Shown: positions 1 to 8,668, numbered from the stretch's first letter. The stretch: DNA of 32,000 bases from Caedibacter taeniospiralis (GCF_002803295.2 NZ_PGGB02000008.1:1-32000); one strand, 5' to 3'. Notes: generated by a model not told the origin, from the letters alone. A program made the numbers and translations.

Positions 1-1
1 A

Positions 2-133
2 GGTGTCGATGATGCAATGATTCAACCATATTCAGGACATGAAAGCAGAAAATCATTAGAAATATATTCAAAACTGTCTCTTTCTGATTGCCAGGGAGAA
101 TACGAAGAGCAGATAAAATCATTTCCTATCTGA
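2..133 (+). CDS. tyrosine recombinase/integrase, C-terminal fragment (5' part lies left of the window)
   Basis: The frame is open from the window edge to TGA at 131-133 and translates to [43 protein letters not shown]. The GH-x-S-x-x-S-x-x-x-Y pattern resembles the box II His and catalytic Tyr region at the C-terminus of tyrosine recombinases. It is absent from the ORF track because it has no start codon in the window. Confidence 0.5.
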   Translation, partial: GVDDAMIQPYSGHESRKSLEIYSKLSLSDCQGEYEEQIKSFPI

Positions 134-1743
134 AGTGGCGGCTCAGCGCACGAACCTTAACACATGTCCTGTTTATCAAATCTAAAAAACACTCCGATAG
201 AAATAAAGCCTATATCTTACAATCAGCTCAGGCAAACCCTGATAGTTTGGAGGCTTTATGCCAGTACAAATACGAAATCATTCAAAAGACAGAGTACAAG
301 TATACAAAAACGCATATCGTTTCACCGAATGTTATTCGTCGAGTGTACGAAAATTACAATAAACATAGCAGCCTTTCTCAATCTGACTTGGTTAATTATT
401 TTGATGGTATTTTGACGTCTGCAATTAATCAAAATGCTTCAGATATTCACATTAAAGTAATGCAGGATTCTGCAGATGTATCTTTTCGAGTGCATGGTGA
501 GATTATTCATCATTCACGCCACGATGCAGAACACATGCATAAAATGATACTTTCCGTTTATAACGGTCAAGGCGCCGAGGGACAAAAAGATCAACAATTT
601 GACTTAGGAGAAAAGCAACAAACGATTATTGAAAGACATATAAACAATAGAATGTATCGTATCCGCTTTATGTCTTCTAAAATAGTTGCTGCAAGTAATG
701 ATGATTTACACAAGCGATATTATATTGTTGCACTAAGGCTTTTATCATCAGATGCCTCTGCGATTAAAAATATTCATGACTTGGGTTACACCGAAATCCA
801 GTTGGAGTCGTTAAATCGAGTATCATTAGCGCCAAGCGGGGGAATTGTTTTTTCTGGAACCACAGGTTCAGGGAAATCCACCTCTTTGGCAGGTCTGATT
901 ATTGAAATATTATCTTACTCAAAGGGTAAGAAAAAAATTATCTCAGTAGAGTCTCCTGTTGAATATGTTATTAATGGAGTTGATCAGTTGGTTGTACATG
1001 AGTCTGCGGGGATGAGTGAAGAGGAAATTACTGAAGAATTCAACAAAGCACTAAAGGCATTAATGCGCCTAGATCCCGATATTATTTATTGCAATGAAAT
1101 AAGAAACAGCACAACAGCTCTATTTTCACAAAAAGCCATACAATCTGGGCACCTATTTTTATCCACCGTTCATGCCCAGTCAGCTTTGGGGGTAATTGAG
1201 CGGCTTGCCCGCATAGAGATGGATCTTGATCTACTGTGTAGTATTGGCTTTATTCAACTGGTTGTGCACCAAACATTAATACAAAACTCATGTCAGTATT
1301 GCAGCAAAAAAATATCTGATTTAGAAATTACTGAAAAAAACAGTTTAAAACATTTAATTGAAAGGATTGAAAAGGTTGTTGATACCTATTCATTACCCGA
1401 AAATAGCCTGCAAAAAATTCGCTTTCGCAATGATTCAGGTTGTAATCAATGCAATCAAACGGGCGTTGCTGGCAGAACGGTTGTTGCGGAGATGTTATTG
1501 CCTAATATAGAAATTTTGAAACTCATACGTGAAAAAAGGACGGTTGATGCTTACAACGCTTGGCGAAACCATGGATTTAACACAATTTTAGAACATGCAA
1601 TAAGCAAACTATTCCATGGAGAGATATGCCCGCTGGCACTAGAAAGTAAATTAGGCTTTATTGACTCAGACATCAACAAAGAAAACTTAACAAAACAAAA
1701 ATATAAAGAGATTTACAGTAAATTAGTTGGCAGTGATACATGA
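88..1743 (+). CDS. type IV pilus / T2SS assembly ATPase, PilB/GspE family (R64 PilQ-like, BfpD/TcpT-like)
   Basis: Motifs seen: ASDIHIKV near the N2 domain, Walker [10 protein letters not shown], Asp box ISVESPVEY, Walker [13 protein letters not shown], His box [10 protein letters not shown], and a tetracysteine motif CQYC...CNQC. There is no in-frame ATG upstream of the conserved domain, so the start is uncertain. The track uses TTG at 88, which overlaps the recombinase 3' end. Confidence 0.85.
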   Translation: MPGRIRRADKIISYLKWRLSARTLTHVLFIKSKKHSDRNKAYILQSAQANPDSLEALCQYKYEIIQKTEYKYTKTHIVSPNVIRRVYENYNKHSSLSQSDLVNYFDGILTSAINQNASDIHIKVMQDSADVSFRVHGEIIHHSRHDAEHMHKMILSVYNGQGAEGQKDQQFDLGEKQQTIIERHINNRMYRIRFMSSKIVAASNDDLHKRYYIVALRLLSSDASAIKNIHDLGYTEIQLESLNRVSLAPSGGIVFSGTTGSGKSTSLAGLIIEILSYSKGKKKIISVESPVEYVINGVDQLVVHESAGMSEEEITEEFNKALKALMRLDPDIIYCNEIRNSTTALFSQKAIQSGHLFLSTVHAQSALGVIERLARIEMDLDLLCSIGFIQLVVHQTLIQNSCQYCSKKISDLEITEKNSLKHLIERIEKVVDTYSLPENSLQKIRFRNDSGCNQCNQTGVAGRTVVAEMLLPNIEILKLIREKRTVDAYNAWRNHGFNTILEHAISKLFHGEICPLALESKLGFIDSDINKENLTKQKYKEIYSKLVGSDT

Positions 1744-1746
1744 TGA

Positions 1747-2856
1747 GTGTATTCAATTTATTCAAACAAAGGCAATAACCAAATGAAAACCAAAAGCAAG
1801 CATAACTCGCTAAAGCTCTGGTGTTTAAAGCTACAATTTAGTTTGAAACGTCGGCTTGATGTTTATGAATTAATTGAAATGATTCTTAAATCAGGGGTTA
1901 GCATTGAGGATAGCCTAAGGCAAATTATTTATAACTATAAAGTCTATGCCCGCTCTTTGCTTGATCCCAATAAATTTATCATAGAAATATTGGAGGATGT
2001 GTATTATCGCTATACTCACCTGGGAATAACTTTTGCAGAGGCTTTTTCTCTTTATTTACCAACCGAGGAATTCATGATTTTATGTTCCAGTAAAGATAGC
2101 GGCAAGTCCCTCTCAGACGCTAGAGAAATTGGGCAAAAACTCAAGCTGTTAAAACAAATGATTCTAAAAAGCCTAATCAAACCAACTATGTATATCAGTG
2201 CCTTGATTGGGATGATGTTATTTGCAAATTTTATATTATTGCCAACCATTATTGATTCAGTTCCTCCTGACATGCTGCCTGAGTTTACCGTTCAGTTTTA
2301 TTATTTCAACTCATATATTGCCAGGCATCTAAGCATTTTGTGTCTAGGTTTATTATCATGTATCGCCTTGTACAAATATACTGCCCCGCGTGTAACAGGA
2401 ATCATCCGCTCTGAAGTTTTAGATAAAATCATTCCCTTTTCGACCTATAAGAATCTGCTCGCTGTCAAGTTCATGATAACGCTGGCAGCAATGCTAAGCA
2501 ACAAGCAGAATTCTGTCGTCCATACACTGAAATTCATCAAAAGTAAAGCAAATTTTTACCTTTCAAGTCATATAGACGAAATGTTGAAGTTTTTACATGC
2601 TGGTTGCAATTCGGGTGATGCTCTTGCAAAATCCAGTCTGTTTAGTAGACAGCTGTCTTGCGTTCTTGCCATTTACTCTAATTTAGGAAAGTTTGAGTTT
2701 GGCATACAACAGCTTGCTAACGAGTATCTTAATAAACAAACGGCTTCAATTAAGAGAATGTTAAGTTTAGTTGGAACAATCACAATGCTATTAACAGCCG
2801 TGTATATCGTTTGTTTTATGTGGGCGATATACGCAATAGGTGTTCATGCTATGTAG
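1747..2856 (+). CDS. type IV pilus / T2SS inner-membrane platform protein, GspF/PilC family (R64 PilR-like)
   Basis: The gene lies immediately downstream of the ATPase. It has two GspF-like repeats (SGVSIEDSLRQI...GITFAEAF...SSKDSGKSLSDA, and AGCNSGDALAKSSLF...GKFEFGIQQLANEY). Three hydrophobic segments sit near residues 150-175, 195-215 and 340-365. The start is GTG 1747 or ATG 1783. Confidence 0.7.
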   Translation: MYSIYSNKGNNQMKTKSKHNSLKLWCLKLQFSLKRRLDVYELIEMILKSGVSIEDSLRQIIYNYKVYARSLLDPNKFIIEILEDVYYRYTHLGITFAEAFSLYLPTEEFMILCSSKDSGKSLSDAREIGQKLKLLKQMILKSLIKPTMYISALIGMMLFANFILLPTIIDSVPPDMLPEFTVQFYYFNSYIARHLSILCLGLLSCIALYKYTAPRVTGIIRSEVLDKIIPFSTYKNLLAVKFMITLAAMLSNKQNSVVHTLKFIKSKANFYLSSHIDEMLKFLHAGCNSGDALAKSSLFSRQLSCVLAIYSNLGKFEFGIQQLANEYLNKQTASIKRMLSLVGTITMLLTAVYIVCFMWAIYAIGVHAM

Positions 2857-2907
2857 CTTGAAAAGAAAAGCTTAGGACCAAATCTCCGCTCAAACAAAAT
2901 AAGCACT

Positions 2908-2999
2908 GTCATTCCCGCGAAGGCGGGAATCGAGTTTTCAAATACCCTTAACAATTTCGCGCAGGGTGACGGTGGGCGGGAAGATGGTCAGAGCCAAAA
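2908..2999. repeat. repeat family A, copy 1 (MITE/REP-like): hairpin arm + variable core + conserved 37-nt arm
   Basis: gtcattcccgcgaaggcgggaatc (2908-2931; hairpin tcccgc-gaag-gcggga) ... agggtgacggtgggcgggaagatggtcagagccaaaa (2963-2999). Both arms recur in the same order and orientation at 29455-29554. Confidence 0.8.
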
Positions 3000-3056
3000 G
3001 AAATGAGTTTCAGTCTCAAACAAATAACTTTTATAACATTAAAACAGGAGAAAAAA

Positions 3057-3578
3057 ATGAATATAGTAGAAACAAACACACAAACGGTGTTGGGACAAAA
3101 AAACAGTTATCAGCAACAAGGTTATTCGTTGCTTGAGCTGATGATTGTACTTGCAGTGATTGCAGGCTTGGTGGCAATTGCTGTGTTCACGGCTCAGGCG
3201 TTGTGGAGTTCCAGCAACAGTGCGAAATTATTTCAAGGACTATCAAACCTGGACCAAAACATTAACATGACATATGGCTCTGACTATTCACGTGTGACCA
3301 TAGAGAACCTAATTAAGATCAAAGCAATCCCTAAAGAATTAGGGGTTAGCACAGATAACAAAAATATTTTAACTCCATGGGGTGGTACCATAAGTATCGA
3401 TACTGCTACCGGGAAGTATAGCTTTTCTATTCCCGCGTCAGCCTGCCCCAAAACAGTGCCTTTATTCTTTGGTAACGTAGTCACCTTTGAAATTAATAAG
3501 ACTGCGGCACCAGCGACGCTAAATGAGGCAATGACAAGCTGTAGTGCCACTCCAAATCTTGCCGTGTCATTTATCTGA
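3057..3578 (+). CDS. type IVb prepilin (major pilin candidate, PilS-like)
   Basis: ATG 3057 is preceded by AGGAG. A 22-aa leader MNIVETNTQTVLGQKNSYQQQG is followed by YSLLELMIVLAVIAGLVAIAV, giving Gly at -1, Glu at +5 and a hydrophobic alpha-1 helix. Two C-terminal Cys residues (ASACPK ... MTSCSA) are consistent with a disulphide-bonded D-region. The long leader and non-Phe +1 residue are typical of the type IVb class. Confidence 0.85.
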   Translation: MNIVETNTQTVLGQKNSYQQQGYSLLELMIVLAVIAGLVAIAVFTAQALWSSSNSAKLFQGLSNLDQNINMTYGSDYSRVTIENLIKIKAIPKELGVSTDNKNILTPWGGTISIDTATGKYSFSIPASACPKTVPLFFGNVVTFEINKTAAPATLNEAMTSCSATPNLAVSFI

Positions 3579-3594
3579 GCTTTGCAATACTAAA

Positions 3595-4773
3595 ATGACT
3601 TACCAATTAAAGGAAAGACATCGTCTCACATCCAAAACACGTCGTAACAGTGGATTTGTTTTACTTGAAATGGTGATAGCTGTCACCATCGCAGGATTGA
3701 TGATGATTATGTATTATTGGCATGAGCAAGCCGAAAATCAAAAAATTGAAGCAGCTGATTTGGCTAAAAATATTGTGCAATATACACAAGCTGTTTCTGA
3801 ATACATTGCTGATTACCCAGGAAAGCTTTCAAAAACAGGAGTCAGTTGGCTGATAGCTGCGCATAGACCACCAACAACAAATGAGTCCTATTTACCTGCA
3901 AATTTTACCTTAAATTCACCGTTATGGAGTTACACAGACAACAACATAACAACTAATATTTCAGCAGCCAATACTGCTAATGCTGAAATTCAGGTGACTG
4001 GTTTTGCCACTGCACTGTCAGGAGCAATGGTCGCCAAAGCAGCAAGATCCTTATCAGCCAAAGAAAGCAGTCAATTTTCCTATACTTATCTGCCACAAAA
4101 TGCTCAGATAGATATCCGCTTCATCTCGAAACAAAGTAATTCAGAGACAGACTGGTTAAGCATTACTGGCAAAAACAGTATGGAGTCAAGTTTTAATTTT
4201 GATGACTCAAAACCTGACAGTGATCATCAAATGAATAATGTTAGCACCATTAATTTTACGAATAATCATAACTCGATTGGCTCGATCTCAGCAGTAGATG
4301 GGCAGCTTTCTATTGGAACTAACAGCAACAAAGTCACTTTAGGCAGTGTTAACTCAACCAATCTATATGCCAATGATATCTACCTGAGCACGTTAAATGG
4401 CGAAACTATATCACAAGCAATTCATAATCAAAATCCAGGCAATACGTCAATTAAAACTTTTGATCTTTATTACGAATTCAATCCTGTTATCGCACCAGAC
4501 ACAATAACGTTAGTGTATAGCTTAGACCTCAAAGGTTGCTATGTGGAAAAAGCATACCCAACAATAAATGACTCATCACCTTATTTTGTACTGACTCCTG
4601 TATACAAACAAGAGACATCATATAAAAGTGAATACACAGAGAATAATTGGCTAGTTATAACCCTTTCCATTAAGGGGTTACGTTATCACGTGTATACACC
4701 TAGATCCAGCACATTTGCAACAGTATATGTCTTTTGTACTCAATCATCTATAACTGTGAATCCCCAAAAATAA
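3595..4773 (+). CDS. large type IVb minor pilin / tip adhesin candidate (PilV-like)
   Basis: ATG 3595 gives the leader MTYQLKERHRLTSKTRRNSG, followed by FVLLEMVIAVTIAGLMMIM (Gly -1, Glu +5). The mature protein is about 370 aa and rich in Asn/Ser/Thr. Size and position directly after the pilin gene resemble R64 PilV. Confidence 0.7.
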   Translation: MTYQLKERHRLTSKTRRNSGFVLLEMVIAVTIAGLMMIMYYWHEQAENQKIEAADLAKNIVQYTQAVSEYIADYPGKLSKTGVSWLIAAHRPPTTNESYLPANFTLNSPLWSYTDNNITTNISAANTANAEIQVTGFATALSGAMVAKAARSLSAKESSQFSYTYLPQNAQIDIRFISKQSNSETDWLSITGKNSMESSFNFDDSKPDSDHQMNNVSTINFTNNHNSIGSISAVDGQLSIGTNSNKVTLGSVNSTNLYANDIYLSTLNGETISQAIHNQNPGNTSIKTFDLYYEFNPVIAPDTITLVYSLDLKGCYVEKAYPTINDSSPYFVLTPVYKQETSYKSEYTENNWLVITLSIKGLRYHVYTPRSSTFATVYVFCTQSSITVNPQK

Positions 4774-5082
4774 ACCTAAATCGCTATTTTGAAATAAATA
4801 TAAAAATATGCTGAGCACTTTGTAATCATATGTACTATCCCCAAGGAAATCGCAATTTATAATGTTATGGTGTTATACACAATACGCCCCTAGGCGCAAT
4901 ACGCCATGCTTGGCGAAGATATCGCCAATACCCACTTCCCTGCCTGGAAATATTCCTGGCAATTAAGGACGATTCGTCCATTTTTAAACGCCTTCATAGA
5001 GGTTCCATTTAAAGCGATTACAATCGACAGCGTCCACAAAATAATGTGTACATCAATAAGTAATTAATCAAAGGAGAAATCA

Positions 5083-6177
5083 ATGAAATTTAAGCAGCTT
5101 CAACTGTTCATAGCACCTTTATCTATAGCAGTTATAACAGCGAATGTATCTTATGCAAACTACACGCAATCACAAGAAACACCCGTTGATAAAAATATCA
5201 TTAGCCAGACCTTACAAAGCTTTTCAACGGAAAGTTTATCGGGCAATCCTGAGAGTATTAAACAGTTGACTGCATTTTATAATGCTGCAAAAAGTAAGTC
5301 ATATATCCATACCATTACGACAGGTATATCGTTTGCCGATTTAATCATTAAGGAATATCCAGTTTACAGTAAGGATGTCAATGTAACAGAAGCCAGTCAA
5401 CAAACAACAGATGCAGGCAAAGAACTCTATCAAGCGCTGCAAAACATCAATACATTGCCTGTTATGGATCAGCATCTGTTAAATTATAAGAGTGCCTTTG
5501 ACAAGGCATGGCAGGCGCGCGTTGCATTCTGGAAAAACGAAAACAGCAGCGAGCAGGCACAAGACTTTAATCATTTTGTAAATTACATGATGATTTATGG
5601 TTTGGCAAATATCCAAAAGCAAGGTATGGATCATGCCAAGGACAGCTATGTCGAAATTAATGCCATGGCTTATCAGCTGCAGATTGATGCTCAAAGTGCT
5701 TACGCTAAAATCAAGCAAAGCGCCATTGACGACATCTATAACGTTACCCCTGAAATTTTAAAGTCAAACATAGCTTTGTTACGTCAAAATGCAACAGCTT
5801 CAGGCGTCACGCAGGCTGTTATTGATGTTAATGGCGCGCTGGAATCAGCATTGAACATTAACATACCAATCAAGGTTTTTGGTGTGACAATATTCACCTT
5901 GAAATTACCGCAAAGTGTTATTGATTTCGCTCATAATGCCGAAAACAAAACCGGGCTGACCGACAGTTATCAAGCACTGATGTTCATCATGAAAACAGAC
6001 TTGACAACAATAAGTAATTACGAAGCTATTGCAAAAGCAAGTGATAAAAATGTATTTGCCAAACTGATCGTCTCTCTTGCACAAGCGACCGCTAAACACT
6101 TTGCTGTAACACCTGAGCAGGCGTATTGGGCTATTTTGAATCAAATTTCGGTACAGCTTAACGCACATATCCATTAA
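5083..6177 (+). CDS. hypothetical secreted protein (Sec signal peptide, predicted mostly helical)
   Basis: GGAG lies 8 nt upstream of the ATG. The N-terminus MKFKQLQLFIAPLSIAVITANVSYA-NY looks like a cleavable signal peptide. The ORF is long and uninterrupted, and I recognise no family motif. Confidence 0.6.
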   Translation: MKFKQLQLFIAPLSIAVITANVSYANYTQSQETPVDKNIISQTLQSFSTESLSGNPESIKQLTAFYNAAKSKSYIHTITTGISFADLIIKEYPVYSKDVNVTEASQQTTDAGKELYQALQNINTLPVMDQHLLNYKSAFDKAWQARVAFWKNENSSEQAQDFNHFVNYMMIYGLANIQKQGMDHAKDSYVEINAMAYQLQIDAQSAYAKIKQSAIDDIYNVTPEILKSNIALLRQNATASGVTQAVIDVNGALESALNINIPIKVFGVTIFTLKLPQSVIDFAHNAENKTGLTDSYQALMFIMKTDLTTISNYEAIAKASDKNVFAKLIVSLAQATAKHFAVTPEQAYWAILNQISVQLNAHIH

Positions 6178-6262
6178 AAGCACCTGGAATAGAGGACAGA
6201 TTAAACGGGACGCATTCCAAATTTGTGGACGCTAAATTCCCCTTCACTTGTGAAGGGGTGGA

Positions 6263-6298
6263 CGCACGCCTGACCACTTTAAAGTGGTCAGGCGTGCG
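6263..6298. repeat. perfect 16-bp stem / 4-nt loop palindrome (REP- or terminator-like)
   Basis: cgcacgcctgaccact-ttaa-agtggtcaggcgtgcg. It lies between the end of the 364-aa gene (+ strand) and the end of the DUF559 fragment (- strand). Confidence 0.7.
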
Positions 6299-6308
6299 GA
6301 CGGGGTAG

Positions 6309-6506
6309 TCATTTCATTTGCATCATTTTATCTTTCAGCTGTTGATGCAGATATGCCAAAACTCCTGTCAAATTTTGTTTAATATCAATGTCCAAAATAT
6401 GAATAATCAACAAGTCAAAACTTTGTCAATAAGCTTCTCGTTTCATATCGTATTTGACCTTAACGTCATGACTAGTCCCATCAATTTCAATGACAACACC
6501 TAATAG
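6309..6506 (-). pseudogene. DUF559 (Vsr-like endonuclease domain) gene fragment with internal stop
   Basis: The minus-strand translation is LLGVVIEIDGTSHDVKVKYDMKREAY*QSFDLLIIHILDIDIKQNLTGVLAYLHQQLKDKMMQMK*. This matches the C-terminal pattern of DUF559 proteins (hh-IE-h-DG..H .... R-D/E..L...G..hh+h.). The N-terminal half is missing and there is one in-frame stop. Confidence 0.5.
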
Positions 6507-6911
6507 TCACAATATCATTGATTATATACTACCCCGTCAGCCTCACGCGCAGAGCTTGTGGCGTTCAAAGCTAAAGAAGCAAAACTGTTTGCTTCTTTCG
6601 GGCGCTTTTCACCCCCTTCACTTGTGAAGGGGAATTATACCCACCTTAGCCCACAAATTTAGACATTACGTCTGCCATTTGTCAGGAGTATTTGCAAGTG
6701 CGAATAATCGCTATAAAATTCTTCGTATTAGAAGAATGTATAAAAGTTGCACCAGCTTCTTGATCTATTCCCCTGGGGGAGCGATCGCATTCGGTAGTAA
6801 TGCGGGCAAGTGCAGAGGTAAATCAAAATTCCACTTATTTTTCATTCATTACATAGCATTGGAAATTATGTGGGGTTTTGTTGAAAATAAATCAAACGTG
6901 GGATAAAACAA

Positions 6912-7325
6912 ATGAGTAAACAAAGAGCAGTGCTAAAAATCTTATTAGGACTCGGTCTGATTCTGTTGGGGGTAGGAATGACTTTTGCCGGAGATGATGG
7001 CGGAGGATACTCAAACGGCAATTTTTCCGCCTGGGCTAAAAATCTGGTTAATGTGATTGGGGAAGTCGAATCGTTTATTCAAATAGTGGCAACTTTAGCA
7101 GGGATGTGGTTTGTCTTTTCGGGGTTGAATCTTTTCAGAAAACACCATACCTCGCAAGGTGCGCAAGGGGAGCATGTTAAAAACGGCATTGCCCATATGA
7201 TGATTGGGGTATTTTTAATGTGTTTGGTGCCTGCCATTCAAATGATACAAAGTACTATCATGTCTGGCGCTGGAGAAAGTAAGGCACAAAAAGTGTTTGA
7301 AGTAAAATCAGACAACTTCCAATAA
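6912..7325 (+). CDS. small inner-membrane T4BSS protein, IcmD/DotP - IcmC/DotE family-like (IncI TraQ/TraR-like)
   Basis: An N-terminal TM/signal segment is followed by FIQIVATLAGMWFVFSGLNLFRKHHTSQGAQ...IAHMMIGVFLMCLVPAI. This resembles the remembered IcmD pattern (..SYLAGLGF.IGAIMKFKQHKDNPTQ...). The gene sits directly upstream of dotD. Confidence 0.45.
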   Translation: MSKQRAVLKILLGLGLILLGVGMTFAGDDGGGYSNGNFSAWAKNLVNVIGEVESFIQIVATLAGMWFVFSGLNLFRKHHTSQGAQGEHVKNGIAHMMIGVFLMCLVPAIQMIQSTIMSGAGESKAQKVFEVKSDNFQ

Positions 7326-7394
7326 TGTGATATGAAACTCATATAAATGCGGGCAGATTCAGTTACTTAATTTACCTAAAATGAGCAAATAGTA

Positions 7395-7904
7395 ATGATA
7401 AAAATTAAATCATGTTACAAAAATTCGATATCTACCTTAATCTGTCTGTGTCTTTTAGTTTCAATATCAGGCTGCGCGAGTGATCAGACTGTAACTGGTA
7501 AAACTGACTATGAACAACTTCTTTTGCAAGAAATTAATGATTCAAGTCAGGGCATTAGCCATAGTCTACGCGAGCTAAACGCGCTAGCAAATCCCTATAA
7601 TGTGAAAATTGATTTACCTTTTACTGAGATAAAAGATAGTGCATTACAAAAACGGGCTAAATTAAGCTGGTATGGCGATATAGAACCTTTATTGAGGCAG
7701 GCTGCCTCCATGATTGGTTACCAGTTTCAAGTATATGGTCAAAAACCAGCGCTCCCCGTATTGATACAGATAGGTTCACCAGAATATCCAATGATAGGAA
7801 GCATAAGGTATATTTTGCAGAATATTCAGATTCAAGCCAGGTCCGAAGCGTATATTTATATAGATAGTGAGCGTAAACTCTTAAGCGTGAGGTATACAGC
7901 ATGA
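7395..7904 (+). CDS. dotD: T4BSS outer-membrane lipoprotein DotD (IncI TraH-like)
   Basis: Lipobox LLVSISG-C. The C-terminal domain pattern SWYGDIEPLLRQAAS..GYQFQVYGQKPALPVLIQI...RYILQNIQIQA...LSVRY parallels L. pneumophila DotD (WSGPIEEL...FRVLGKSPSVPVLISI...LRDIDYQA...ELRY). The size of 169 aa fits. Confidence 0.8.
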   Translation: MIKIKSCYKNSISTLICLCLLVSISGCASDQTVTGKTDYEQLLLQEINDSSQGISHSLRELNALANPYNVKIDLPFTEIKDSALQKRAKLSWYGDIEPLLRQAASMIGYQFQVYGQKPALPVLIQIGSPEYPMIGSIRYILQNIQIQARSEAYIYIDSERKLLSVRYTA

Positions 7905-8668
7905 TATATGCCCCGCCTGCAGAATATAGCTTGAATGATTTAAAAAATATTAATCAGATAGTACAACAAACCGGTCAAACTGAAAGCCTGACTGTCAGGC
8001 AGGAAGCAATTCAAGAAGCGGCAACGGTACTTGGTGCTCAAGCTGGGTTAAGATCGATAAGTGATCGGATTGATAAATTTCTAGAAAGTCGAGTAGCTGT
8101 GCTGGATACCATTTATAATTTTAATCAATTATTACTCCCTCATCATATTTTGCCACCAGTAATCTCTGCCAACTACAATACGAGCACTCTCGCAGAAAAC
8201 AGTTTAAGCTTAAGCATTAATGGCGAGGCATACCATATTGTTAAGCCTGCAAAATTTGTTGTTACCCCTCCCACCTGGCGTGATTATCTGTTTATGAGTT
8301 ATGCTAAGCCCAGGCTCCCCGATCCCGGTTTATTACCCAAAAACAATGAAGAGCAGCAGATATGGGATAAAGCGATTGAGTCAGCCTGGCAAGATGGTGT
8401 TAAGCAGGGCATGTCCATTTTTCAAACTAACATGCATTACTTGACACGTGATTTTCAGGGAATGCTGCTATTTAAGCAAATGATTATAAAAGGCATGATT
8501 ACAATGCCTCAAGTATCCATAAAGCAATATGGTGTCACGGGGGATAACAGTAATCTGGTCATAGATAATAAGTTGTGGAAATTAAATCAGAACGCTCAGT
8601 TTAACTTAAATGCCACTCAATGGCAGCCAGTGTTAGCAGATGAGGTGGCTAATGGAACAGGCAAGTAA
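7901..8668 (+). CDS. dotC: T4BSS core-complex protein DotC (IncI TraI-like), lacking a signal peptide/lipobox
   Basis: LGAQAGL, IYNFNQLLLPHHILPPV, TPPTWRDYLFM, LLPK, DFQGMLLFKQ and YGVTGDNSNLVIDN match the remembered DotC sequence (VGAQAGL, IYDFNSLVLEHNILPPV, TTPPTWRQYLWM, DFGGMILYRK, LGVTGDGSEIHIDD). The start ATG overlaps the dotD stop (ATGA). An in-frame stop at 7874-7876 closes the frame upstream. Confidence 0.85.
   Translation: MIYAPPAEYSLNDLKNINQIVQQTGQTESLTVRQEAIQEAATVLGAQAGLRSISDRIDKFLESRVAVLDTIYNFNQLLLPHHILPPVISANYNTSTLAENSLSLSINGEAYHIVKPAKFVVTPPTWRDYLFMSYAKPRLPDPGLLPKNNEEQQIWDKAIESAWQDGVKQGMSIFQTNMHYLTRDFQGMLLFKQMIIKGMITMPQVSIKQYGVTGDNSNLVIDNKLWKLNQNAQFNLNATQWQPVLADEVANGTGK

Larger units (their letters stand above)
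6219..6660. repeat. decayed element bounded by imperfect ~40-nt inverted repeats and packed with palindromes
   Basis: The left end is aaatttgtgg...attccccttcacttgtgaagggg (6219-6258). The right end is ccccttcacttgtgaaggggaat...ccacaaattt (6613-6660), which is its inverted counterpart. An inner inverted pair gacggggtagt (about 6299-6309) and actaccccgtc (about 6528-6538) flanks the DUF559 fragment. Further hairpins occur at 6263-6298 and 6573-6598. Confidence 0.6.

Noticed and set aside
4200-5082. R64-type shufflon at the 3' end of the PilV-like gene, suggested by the nearby tyrosine recombinase
   Set aside because: I looked for inverted ~19-bp sfx-like repeats and for alternative C-terminal cassettes on the opposite strand. 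Only short direct repeats of caatacg(cc) were found (4440-4446, 4880-4888, 4897-4905), plus a vague gccaata similarity at about 4930. There are no inverted pairs and no open antisense segments. The recombinase also lies upstream of the ATPase gene rather than next to pilV.
6318-6503. 61-aa plus-strand ORF in the palindrome-rich region
   Set aside because: The opposite strand gives a recognisable DUF559 C-terminal fragment. The plus-strand ORF is low-complexity, has no SD and is best explained as antisense noise.
6679-6906. 75-aa ORF upstream of the IcmD-like gene
   Set aside because: It has an alternative-start codon only, no SD and no recognisable motif. The region more likely holds the promoter or leader of the dot operon, though I could not identify a convincing -35/-10 pair.
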